Shown one piece after another: positions 8,434 through 16,600 of a stretch of DNA of 64,000 bases. Under the pieces are notes generated by a model. It saw nothing but the letters and a program-made list of their open reading frames with translations, was not told the DNA's origin and did no database searches. The DNA comes from a virus. Each line of letters begins with the position of its first letter. Positions within the stretch are counted from its first letter, which is position 1. The DNA is taken from the IMG/VR virus record IMGVR_UViG_3300010389_000010, positions 2,953 through 66,952 of that record; one strand, written 5' to 3'. Made by a program: the position numbers and the translations under genes.

Positions 8434-8813
8434 CCTATGAACCCTACACCAACAAGGACAGGGTGCAGGCTGTTGAGCAGGCAATTCTATCATTCGCCGA
8501 AGAGATGGGGCTTGATCCAGATATGGATGCAGATGGTCCTGTCACTGTCGCTGGAGATATGATCGCCAACATCCTTCATTGGGTACAGCAGCAAGACTCC
8601 AGGATCTCCGCGCTCAAGGCGGCTAAGTCTGGCATCGGAAACTACGTTACCGAGCAGTACATCGACTACAACGCCGATGAAGTGGATGAGCTTGGTCCTC
8701 AATCATCTGTCTGCATCACCGTCCTTTGTAATGATCAGGTGTGGGAGTCCAACACCTATGATCGAACCAAGATCTTCGATGCCGAAGACAACGAGATCGA
8801 AGGGGAGGAATGA
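8430..8813 (+). CDS. Acidic hypothetical protein
   Basis: GGAGG RBS and ATGA overlap. Confidence 0.8.
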   Translation: MTYEPYTNKDRVQAVEQAILSFAEEMGLDPDMDADGPVTVAGDMIANILHWVQQQDSRISALKAAKSGIGNYVTEQYIDYNADEVDELGPQSSVCITVLCNDQVWESNTYDRTKIFDAEDNEIEGEE

Positions 8814-8865
8814 TCATCCGCCTTATCCGTCCGGTCAGCCGGGCGGATCGGGGGCGATGATGCCC

Positions 8866-8891
8866 AACTGCAACTATGCAAACAAGGAGAC
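8866..8891 (+). repeat. Leader repeat R8 (AACTGCAACTATGCAAACAAGGAGAC)
   Basis: Partial consensus match; ATG at 8896. Confidence 0.75.
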
Positions 8892-8895
8892 TACC

Positions 8896-10053
8896 ATGAC
8901 TGCTATTCAGAAAACAAAAGCCGCCGTCAACAAGAGCGCGATCTTCGATCTGGCTTCCATCAAGTCAGCCATTGTCCTAGCTGACAAGGTGGTGGAGAAG
9001 CGCAACACCATACCTGTTCTGTCCAACTTCCTGATCACACAGTCCGGCAAGGTGGCCACCATCAAGGCAACCGACCTGGACCTGATGGTGTCGATCGATG
9101 TTCCGGTGGAGGAAGGCAAGATCTCACCCTTCACCTGTGTTGCTGACGACCTGAAGAAGATCGTCATGAAGGCAGCGCCAGGATCTAACATCCTGATCAG
9201 CGAGGACGTAGACCAGACGCTCGTGCAGATAGGCCCGAAGGTGAAGGTCTGGCTCAACCGTGATGCCGAAGTGAAGGACTTCCCTGAATTTGATATGGGC
9301 GAGAAGCCAATGCACTACTTCAGCCTCACGGTTGGTGATCTGTGCGAAGCCTTCAAGAACGTGCAGCCTGCCATCTCCACCGAAGAGACCAGGTACTACC
9401 TCAACGGGATCTACGCCCATGAGTCAGCTGGTCAGATGATCTTCGTTGCAACGGACGGTCATCGTCTTCTGAAGAAGGAGCTGCCTGCTCCCAAGGGTGC
9501 GAAGGATATGTTTGGATCCATCATACCACGGAAGGCAGTGAAGTTCCTGATCGATTGCATGAAGGGAATGGATGTCAACGAGTACGTCACCATCCGTTCT
9601 CAGGATGCGAAGATGGAATTCAGTGGTGGCAACTGGCAGGTGATCACCAAGCTGATCGATGGCAACTTCCCTGACTACACTCGTGTAATCCCGGCCGCAA
9701 TCGATACCCCGGCCGTGTTCACCGCTGGTCAGATCTCAAGCTCTCTTGATCAGGCGATCGTGCTGGCTTCAGAACGTGGCAGAGCAGTAGCGCTGCGGAT
9801 TGGAGATGGCGAAGGTGCCACCATCACCTGCAAGAACCCTGAGAAAGGCGAGACCAAGGTTGAGGTCGAGTGCTTCTACAAAGGTGAGTGGATGGAGATC
9901 GGTTTCAATTCTTCATACCTGAAGGAAATCGTGTCTATCCTGGCACCAGCTGGCGGTGAGGTATCATTGAACGTCACCAACCCAGGCGCTCCAACCCTGA
10001 TCACCGGTGAGAACGACGGCCTTTGCGCTGTCCTGATGCCGGTTCGCATCTAA
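8896..10053 (+). CDS. dnaN: DNA polymerase III beta sliding clamp homologue
   Basis: VEKRNTIPVLSN, ATDLD, ISTEETRYYLNG, VATDGHRL, KLIDGNFPDY, IGFNSSYL, C-terminal VLMPVRI. Confidence 0.95.
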   Translation: MTAIQKTKAAVNKSAIFDLASIKSAIVLADKVVEKRNTIPVLSNFLITQSGKVATIKATDLDLMVSIDVPVEEGKISPFTCVADDLKKIVMKAAPGSNILISEDVDQTLVQIGPKVKVWLNRDAEVKDFPEFDMGEKPMHYFSLTVGDLCEAFKNVQPAISTEETRYYLNGIYAHESAGQMIFVATDGHRLLKKELPAPKGAKDMFGSIIPRKAVKFLIDCMKGMDVNEYVTIRSQDAKMEFSGGNWQVITKLIDGNFPDYTRVIPAAIDTPAVFTAGQISSSLDQAIVLASERGRAVALRIGDGEGATITCKNPEKGETKVEVECFYKGEWMEIGFNSSYLKEIVSILAPAGGEVSLNVTNPGAPTLITGENDGLCAVLMPVRI

Positions 10054-10113
10054 CACAACCCTTGACAAGAAATCCCATGGCGGTGTTTCTTTCAGACAAA
10101 GGAGGATCCCGCC

Positions 10114-10305
10114 ATGGATACTTACACAAGACTATCCCTTGCTCTTTGGGCTGCCGGCGTACCGGTGGTCTGGTGGCAAGGGCTTTACTCAGGGCTTGGA
10201 TGGTTCGGAACATCCGTCCTCACCCTGATCATCGGAATGGCTGCCGGCATTGTGTCGGCCGCTGTAACAGGGAACATCGCCAGGCTTTTTGGCTGGCGCC
10301 CATAA
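10114..10305 (+). CDS. Small membrane protein
   Basis: AAGGAGG RBS; two hydrophobic segments. Confidence 0.7.
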   Translation: MDTYTRLSLALWAAGVPVVWWQGLYSGLGWFGTSVLTLIIGMAAGIVSAAVTGNIARLFGWRP

Positions 10306-10312
10306 CTAACCA

Positions 10313-10338
10313 ACCTGCAATCATGCACATAAGGAGAC
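10313..10338 (+). repeat. Leader repeat R9 (ACCTGCAATCATGCACATAAGGAGAC)
   Basis: Consensus match; ATG at 10345. Confidence 0.85.
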
Positions 10339-10344
10339 AAGCAC

Positions 10345-11844
10345 ATGAACGTGCCACTAAAACGCGCGACCATAGAAGAGATGGTCCAACAACGAGACGA
10401 AGTCCTGGCCATGTACGAAGCCGCCCACCTGAAGGTGATCGAAGCGGCCGAGGCCATGGAAAAAGCCAACGTCAAGATGAACTACATCACCCCGGGTGAC
10501 AACTCATTCACCTATTCCACCGCCAAAGAGGTCGAGAATTTCCAGAAGGTGGTGACCCCTATGGATCATGCCAAGTTTCTGGCTGTCTGCCGCCGCCTCG
10601 TCGATATCAGGGTGTGGACCTACATCATCGAGCGCACAGACATTGAGCGCCTGATGGACAAGGAAGCCAAGAACCAGCTCCGGGATCAGATGAAGTACGT
10701 TCCAGAGCACACCAATAGATCCGGTGAGATCATCAACCAGGAAGAACTCGACAAGTGCATGCCACCAGTCACTGTGGACAACGTCTATGCCACGCTCGAG
10801 AAATTCATGGCAGACTCCAACATGATATGGCAGCGTGGTGTGGCCAACGTGTTCTCGAAGCTGGACCGCCGGTTCAAATCCCACGACGGGTTCAAGATTG
10901 GCGACCGGATCATTCTCGATCGAGCCTTCGATGATTGGGGCGGCTGGAACTACCATCGCAATATGCAGGACTCGATTCGTGACATTGAACGGGTGTTCCT
11001 GATCCTTGATGAGCAGGATCCACGCGCCACCTATGGAAGCATCATCAGTGTAATTGATCGTGAACGCAGAACCAGGCACAACCCTACTCAATCCGAACAT
11101 GAGGGTGAATTCTTCCGCATCCGGATATTCAAGAACGGCAACGCCCATCTCTGGTTCACCCGTAAGGATCTCCTGCAGAAGGTGAACAAGATCCTGGGCG
11201 AGTGGTACGGTGAGGTTGTCGGTGACGGCCGCAAGGGCGAGGAAGATCCGTTCTCCAATCCAAAGACAGCCCCTGCCAAGTTCTATGGCTTCTACCCGAC
11301 GCCTGAAGAAGCAGCCCAACGCCTGATTGAGGGCTCTCTGTACGGTGAGAGGACGCTTCGGATACTGGAACCATCGGCCGGTACCGGGAACCTCTCCAGG
11401 TTGGCTGCCACGCCTCAGGAATATAAGTATTGGGTGGATCGTGAACAGAAGATCAAGATAGTCAACCACAAGGTGGACTGCATCGAGATCCAACCGCAAT
11501 TGGCAGAGGCTCTGACCAATGAGGGGATCTACAACAGGGTTACCTGCTCTGACTTCCTTGCGATCACACCATCACCTGATTACGACCTGATCCTGATGAA
11601 CCCGCCGTTCGATCTGGAGCGGGACATTGATCATGTGGTGCACGCACTCAAGTTCCTGAAGGAAGGTGGCCGGTTGAAAGCCATCATGTCTGCTGGTACT
11701 GAGTTCCGCAACACCAAGAAGTCGATCGCGTTCCGTAAGTTGATGAATTCGATGGGAGCAGACTGGAGAGATCTCCCGAGCTGCTCCTTCTCATCGGTAG
11801 GAACCAACGTGAACACGATCACAGTCAGCGTCTGGAAGAGGTAG
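10345..11844 (+). CDS. DUF4942-domain protein with C-terminal class I SAM-dependent (N6A/N4C-type) DNA methyltransferase
   Basis: NVFSKLDRRFKSHDGFKIG, FFRIRIFKNGNAHLWF; motif I ILEPSAGTG and motif IV MNPPF. Confidence 0.85.
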   Translation: MNVPLKRATIEEMVQQRDEVLAMYEAAHLKVIEAAEAMEKANVKMNYITPGDNSFTYSTAKEVENFQKVVTPMDHAKFLAVCRRLVDIRVWTYIIERTDIERLMDKEAKNQLRDQMKYVPEHTNRSGEIINQEELDKCMPPVTVDNVYATLEKFMADSNMIWQRGVANVFSKLDRRFKSHDGFKIGDRIILDRAFDDWGGWNYHRNMQDSIRDIERVFLILDEQDPRATYGSIISVIDRERRTRHNPTQSEHEGEFFRIRIFKNGNAHLWFTRKDLLQKVNKILGEWYGEVVGDGRKGEEDPFSNPKTAPAKFYGFYPTPEEAAQRLIEGSLYGERTLRILEPSAGTGNLSRLAATPQEYKYWVDREQKIKIVNHKVDCIEIQPQLAEALTNEGIYNRVTCSDFLAITPSPDYDLILMNPPFDLERDIDHVVHALKFLKEGGRLKAIMSAGTEFRNTKKSIAFRKLMNSMGADWRDLPSCSFSSVGTNVNTITVSVWKR

Positions 11845-11846
11845 TC

Positions 11847-12296
11847 ATGCCAAGCAAACCCGCGTCCGTTGCCATCGCAAAGGCACTGCCTACGAGAGAT
11901 GGGCGCGGGTATCATGCCCAATTTGCCATGCCTGGCACGATCCCCGCGCTCTACACCAACAAGAATGGATCACCAAAGGTATTCAATACCGAAGCTGAAG
12001 CTGAGTCTGCTGCCTGCAGGGCGTTCTTCAAGACGTTCGAGAGTGTCACCTACGACACTCGCAAAGCTGGCGGGTATATCAGGATCTCTGCTATACAGCT
12101 GTCCAACTTGCTCAACCTTGCTAATGTCACACCTACAGAATTCGCAGAACTCTATGGTGTGCCCCAGGCAAGGGTAATGAAATGGCTTCACGGCGAACAG
12201 GACATACCACACTCTGCCGCCGTGATAGCAGTGGCACTCCGGATCCCAAGCTTCCTGAAGGCAGCAAGATCCATGGTGCTTCGACTGAAAGAATAG
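11847..12296 (+). CDS. Hypothetical protein with C-terminal HTH-like segment
   Basis: VTPTEFAELYGVPQARVMKW resembles an XRE helix-turn-helix. Confidence 0.65.
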   Translation: MPSKPASVAIAKALPTRDGRGYHAQFAMPGTIPALYTNKNGSPKVFNTEAEAESAACRAFFKTFESVTYDTRKAGGYIRISAIQLSNLLNLANVTPTEFAELYGVPQARVMKWLHGEQDIPHSAAVIAVALRIPSFLKAARSMVLRLKE

Positions 12297-12303
12297 AAAC
12301 CCA

Positions 12304-12328
12304 ACCTCAATCATGAGAACAAGGAGAC
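12304..12328 (+). repeat. Leader repeat R10 (ACCTCAATCATGAGAACAAGGAGAC)
   Basis: Consensus match; ATG at 12333. Confidence 0.85.
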
Positions 12329-12332
12329 TGAC

Positions 12333-12620
12333 ATGGAAAAGAAATCAGACTTCGCCACCTGGCGGACGCTAATGGGATACAACGGTCACCAGGTGAAGGC
12401 CGCGGCCGAGGCGATCGGCATTACCGGAAGGGACATCCCTACCCTGCTGCATTCTGGTAAACGTGAGCTCAATCAGACTGAGCGACTGGCTATGGCTGCT
12501 GTTCGAGCAGGTCTCACGCCATGGACACCTGAAGCGGATCAAGACATCCGTGACTTCGCTCAGGTTCGGTACATCATCGACCAGATTGTTGGCCGGGAGA
12601 AGACTTCCAACGCTGCTTGA
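12333..12620 (+). CDS. Small HTH-like protein
   Basis: FATWRTLMGY...AAEAIGIT; strong RBS. Confidence 0.7.
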   Translation: MEKKSDFATWRTLMGYNGHQVKAAAEAIGITGRDIPTLLHSGKRELNQTERLAMAAVRAGLTPWTPEADQDIRDFAQVRYIIDQIVGREKTSNAA

Positions 12621-13155
12621 ATTCCTCAAGCTCCATATACCCGATAGCGATGGCCGCGTGATCAAGAGCCATATGGATCTTCTTAATGATCACCGGCCGC
12701 TTCGTCTTGTGCCGCTTCTTCCACAGCCAGACATCAAACATCACCACCTGCTCCAGGATGGTGAACAGTTCTGCCGGCATGCTCTTCTTGATGTGGGACA
12801 CCGTCATCAAGCAATCCATCTGGTAGTCTGACAGCGTGTTACCCACGCCGCCACCTGATATCGTAGGCTCATAGCTGTTGACCTTGATGGTGGAGATGTT
12901 CGCCCCTTCCCAGAATTCACGACACCGCAGCGCAACCGAGAACCGGATCCTGCCTACACTGGACTTGTCGTCCCGGGTCTCAAGCCAGCCCTGGTCGACC
13001 ATGTATTCGAGCGGAGCTGCCTTGGTATTGATTGGGATTGCACGCTTCATGGAAATCAGGGAGATGGATCTACCCACTTCACCATACCCCACCTTCCCGG
13101 GTGTCTTGCCGATCTTCATCAGGTTAATTCGGTTCTCGATACTGCTCTTCGACAT
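12574..13155 (-). CDS. DUF6456-like protein, putative late-gene activator
   Basis: ALRCREFWEGA...LSDYQ...ILEQVV...MALDHAA pattern; last gene of the replication operon. Confidence 0.5.
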   Translation of the reverse strand: MSKSSIENRINLMKIGKTPGKVGYGEVGRSISLISMKRAIPINTKAAPLEYMVDQGWLETRDDKSSVGRIRFSVALRCREFWEGANISTIKVNSYEPTISGGGVGNTLSDYQMDCLMTVSHIKKSMPAELFTILEQVVMFDVWLWKKRHKTKRPVIIKKIHMALDHAAIAIGYMELEEFKQRWKSSPGQQSGR

Positions 13156-13157
13156 CG

Positions 13158-13460
13158 TTACTTCACCTGCCTCTTCTCAAGTGGCATTGTATCCCAAACA
13201 ATCTTATCGAGAAGCCCCCCATCCAATGACACCCCCTTGGCATCGAACCGAATGGCCCACAGATCCGCGAGATGATCGGTGCGATCGCTTTCTGACATCG
13301 CAGCCCTGTTAGCATAGGCGCTGGCATCAACAATGCCTGCCACCTGTGCCTTGGACAGGCCAACGACACCAGCGATTGCTTTTTGGGTGTAGCCGATCAC
13401 CCACAGAACGTAGACGATGTAGATGGTCGTCTCGCTGTGCTTCTGGCGCTTGTCTGGCAT
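13158..13460 (-). CDS. Hypothetical protein with HTH-like segment
   Basis: GYTQKAIAGVVGLSKAQVAGIV; operon-contiguous. Confidence 0.7.
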   Translation of the reverse strand: MPDKRQKHSETTIYIVYVLWVIGYTQKAIAGVVGLSKAQVAGIVDASAYANRAAMSESDRTDHLADLWAIRFDAKGVSLDGGLLDKIVWDTMPLEKRQVK

Positions 13461-13463
13461 GAT

Positions 13464-13814
13464 TTACCTCAGGATGTCTGGCTTCAACAGGGCGTCGAGC
13501 CCCTTTATCGGGATGTAGCAGACGATTACCGGCCTGAAGGCTCCCTTCTTTCGAAAGCCGTGAACACTGGCCCACTTGCCATCGGAGCTGTCATTGATGG
13601 TGCTATGCTCGGCACTGAAGATGAATACATCATCCCTCCAGTAGACCTCATCTCCATCCCGGATCCCGGCACGCTCATAGATGAGGCGGCACCGCTTTTC
13701 TTTCAGCCAGGAAAGGTTCTCCCTCTGCCTCATAATGTTCTCGGTGATGTAATCGATCTGCTTTGTGATCTCTTGGATCTCATCTGCAGGCTCATGAATT
13801 TGGTGCGTCTCCAT
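13464..13814 (-). CDS. Hypothetical protein
   Basis: Coupled to the helicase stop. Confidence 0.7.
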   Translation of the reverse strand: METHQIHEPADEIQEITKQIDYITENIMRQRENLSWLKEKRCRLIYERAGIRDGDEVYWRDDVFIFSAEHSTINDSSDGKWASVHGFRKKGAFRPVIVCYIPIKGLDALLKPDILR

Positions 13815-15226
13815 CAGAACAATGTCTCCCTACCTTCGAGTTCAATTGTGTTGCTCACGTCCTTGAACCTTGTGTATGGCGCGTCCCAAACCAGCTCTGA
13901 TCTGGCGTTCTCGTTACCATAACGGTTCTTCAGTGAAAGAATTCTAGCTTTGCCGCTGTACTTGATGACTTCCATTTCATAGCGCTCCTTCTGACTGAAT
14001 TCGCCTTGGCGCTTTGACGTGGAGGCATGCGGGATCTTGGACTTGAAGACCTGCTCCGGTCTCCATATAGCTAACAGCAAATCAAGTGGCTCATGCATGC
14101 CATCACGGCCATAGATGTCTGACTTTACCGGCTCCGGATTATCACGATCCCATGACTCTGTACGGCGCTGCGCAAGCATCATACCAGCGTGGCCTGTATC
14201 CTTCAGGCCATCCCGAATGGTGATCATCATCTGACCAATCTGTTCAGAAAACATGCTTTCTTTGCCAAGGGAAATTGATTTGGCGTGGTCAATGATGGCA
14301 AGGCCCCGACCGAATCGCCGTTGAAACTTTCTCATTCGAGTGACAATTTGCTTGGCGCCCCATCCCCCCGCTTTAACAATGTCAATTGGAAGCCTCATGA
14401 TGCGATCAAACTCATCCATGATACGCTTCAGTTCGGCTTCAGAAATATCGCCAGAACGCATGCGTTTGGATTCAATACCCAATCTTTGGGCAGCCAATTG
14501 CATAATGCATTGCTTTTCATCCTGCTCGTAGGAGATATAGAGGACCGGCTTGCCGAGACTTGCGGTGTGATACATCTGCTGCAGAGCCAGCGATGTCTTA
14601 CCACCTGCTGAATCCAGCATGATGGCGTGGAAATTGGTGTACTGAAGCGAACCGTCAGCTGCTGAATGAAGCCCATTGAATGCCCATGGGATTTCCTCTG
14701 GAGCGCCGTTCTCTTTGGCGCTGACTATATCTTTGAAGCTTTCGTTCACGTAATGAGAGAGATCTTTGGTGTTGCCTTTGCGCTGCAACTCGGAGAGTTC
14801 TTCAATCTCATTCTCAATGACATTGGTGACCTTGATCGGAGCATCACCCTTGCCCAACATTTTCTTGACGGTCTCGCCGATCTCCATAAGCCGACGCCCG
14901 GCGAAGGAATTCCGGATCTCATAGACGCAGTCTGATAGATCGAGATCCTTGCTCTTCATTTTCAGGTGCATGCAAGCACTGAGGTATGAGATCGCATCCT
15001 GTTTGTTAGCCAACTCACCGACGCGACCAGAGACCGTGACATAGGTTACGCCCACGCCTTCCTCATCAAGATCCTGGATGATCAGGTATATCTTGGCGTG
15101 GTCAGGATCCAGAAACATCTCCGATTGGATATCGTCTACCAATTCGGTGACGTGAACATCTGTCAACAGAGCGCCAAGGATATAGCGCTCCATTTCGACC
15201 AGAGATTTATGCTTGTTGCTAGACAT
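13814..15226 (-). CDS. dnaB: DnaB-like replicative helicase
   Basis: N-terminal ERYILGALL; divergent Walker A DSAGGKTSLALQ, YISYEQ, IIDH, LAQ, KNRYG. Confidence 0.85.
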   Translation of the reverse strand: MSSNKHKSLVEMERYILGALLTDVHVTELVDDIQSEMFLDPDHAKIYLIIQDLDEEGVGVTYVTVSGRVGELANKQDAISYLSACMHLKMKSKDLDLSDCVYEIRNSFAGRRLMEIGETVKKMLGKGDAPIKVTNVIENEIEELSELQRKGNTKDLSHYVNESFKDIVSAKENGAPEEIPWAFNGLHSAADGSLQYTNFHAIMLDSAGGKTSLALQQMYHTASLGKPVLYISYEQDEKQCIMQLAAQRLGIESKRMRSGDISEAELKRIMDEFDRIMRLPIDIVKAGGWGAKQIVTRMRKFQRRFGRGLAIIDHAKSISLGKESMFSEQIGQMMITIRDGLKDTGHAGMMLAQRRTESWDRDNPEPVKSDIYGRDGMHEPLDLLLAIWRPEQVFKSKIPHASTSKRQGEFSQKERYEMEVIKYSGKARILSLKNRYGNENARSELVWDAPYTRFKDVSNTIELEGRETLF

Positions 15227-16271
15227 ACTCGCTCACCTGCTGCCACACATCCAACCAGTCAGATCCCATAGGCGGTACCTCAATGGTGGTGGTGATGTTT
15301 CTTTCCCTGCACTTTTCGGCAAGGCTCTTTGCCGCTTTCAGACCTGGTGGATCCATCAGCTCATCATTCGTGGGATTGAACCGGTTCATATCGCCATCTG
15401 CGTAGATCCTGACCTCTCGAACATGGTCAGGGATATCGAGGCCGATCATTCCACTGGTGGAGAGCGCGGCCCAGACGCAATACCTGTCCTGGGTCAACGC
15501 CTTCACGCCGTAGGCTGTCTCCAGCCCCTCGGTGACTGCTATAATTGGTGTCTTCTCTGATGATAGACGGACGGCACACCCACCGGCGGGACCAAGGCCT
15601 CGCTTGATCTTCCTGCCCTCTGGTGTGAGCAAAGCCTTGCCGTCCTCGTCCAGATATATTCTCCATATCGCTCGGATCTGCCCGGCGTTGTTGGTAACGG
15701 CCGTGACCAGAGCTGGATGCTTACCCTTTGGTTCAATCTCGAGATCCAGATCAGGGATGAAGCGCAACCTCAATGGAGAGAATGATTGCGGTGGAACCTT
15801 ACGACCAAGGAGATACTTCTCTGCCAGTGTGCCTTTGATTGACTGCCCTGACTTGAAAATCTCGGCCGCACGGTTTGCCCTATCATCATCCGTCTGTTCG
15901 CGCTCTCGTTCAGCCTGTAAGCGCCTTTGCTCCTGCTCTTTGCGCATTTCAGCTTCACGCTTGGGGTTCGGCATGACCTCTGGATTGCCGCCGAGTTCCT
16001 TGAGAGCATCGGAAAACGAAATCCCATTGAACTCCATCAGAAACTTGATCTGGTCACCGCTGACACCGCAACCAAAGCAATGGTACCGGTGTTCTGGATC
16101 CACACAGTGGAAGGATGGAGATTTCTCACCATGAAACGGGCAACAGCCCCACCAGTCTCCCTTTCCAGGGATTGATTTCTTTTTGTCGAACGTCACCACC
16201 TTACCGATCAGGGATGAGATCGGGTTCTGCTGTTTGACACGCTCGATTTCTGATGGAGAGTATGAGCTCAC
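15219..16271 (-). CDS. DNA primase (CHC2 zinc finger plus Toprim)
   Basis: CPFHGEKSPSF...YHCFGCG; AVTEGLETA; IYADGD. Confidence 0.9.
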   Translation of the reverse strand: MSSYSPSEIERVKQQNPISSLIGKVVTFDKKKSIPGKGDWWGCCPFHGEKSPSFHCVDPEHRYHCFGCGVSGDQIKFLMEFNGISFSDALKELGGNPEVMPNPKREAEMRKEQEQRRLQAEREREQTDDDRANRAAEIFKSGQSIKGTLAEKYLLGRKVPPQSFSPLRLRFIPDLDLEIEPKGKHPALVTAVTNNAGQIRAIWRIYLDEDGKALLTPEGRKIKRGLGPAGGCAVRLSSEKTPIIAVTEGLETAYGVKALTQDRYCVWAALSTSGMIGLDIPDHVREVRIYADGDMNRFNPTNDELMDPPGLKAAKSLAEKCRERNITTTIEVPPMGSDWLDVWQQVSEYV

Positions 16272-16600
16272 TTACTCTTGCCCCCATCTTTCAGAATGCC
16301 GCACAAGATACCTATTGGCCCTTGGTGCACACCCTTTTCATCCTTGGACAACGCGCTATCAAGCACATCGATCGGGCACCCGTATTGAAGAGCGAGAGAC
16401 ATAGCTATCGCGCTGTCACGCATCAGAACTTCGATGCCTGATCCAACCTTTCCTGTATTCAGGAAGATTTCGCCTGGTTCCTTGTGGTTTTTATCGTAGA
16501 AGCTGACGGTGGCATGGTACTTCAGGGTTCTTTGACCTTCAGTGACATTAAAGGTGATGACCTCAGAAGATCTTCTGGCTGGCAGTGGTCGTCTCGTCAT
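16268..16600 (-). CDS. Stand-alone TSCPD-like (NrdJ C-terminal) domain protein
   Basis: RRPLPARR...PGEIFLN...SLALQYGCP. Confidence 0.7.
   Translation of the reverse strand: MTRRPLPARRSSEVITFNVTEGQRTLKYHATVSFYDKNHKEPGEIFLNTGKVGSGIEVLMRDSAIAMSLALQYGCPIDVLDSALSKDEKGVHQGPIGILCGILKDGGKSK

Noticed and set aside
8677-8895. N-terminal extension of DnaN given in the ORF track
   Set aside because: It overlaps the upstream gene and hairpin; the RBS in R8 points to ATG 8896
10062-10090. Sigma70 promoter from TTGACA at 10062
   Set aside because: No acceptable -10 element at 16-18 nt spacing
10504-11499. 331-aa minus-strand ORF, and similar long antisense ORFs (23968-24633, 39298-40005, 15532-16134)
   Set aside because: They lie opposite well-supported genes, have no motifs or RBS, and are expected shadows in GC-rich coding DNA
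221-12328. CRISPR array or integron attC cassette array
   Set aside because: Repeats are degenerate, non-palindromic, hundreds to thousands of bases apart and include the RBS; there are no cas genes, and the integrase is tied to a tRNA attP
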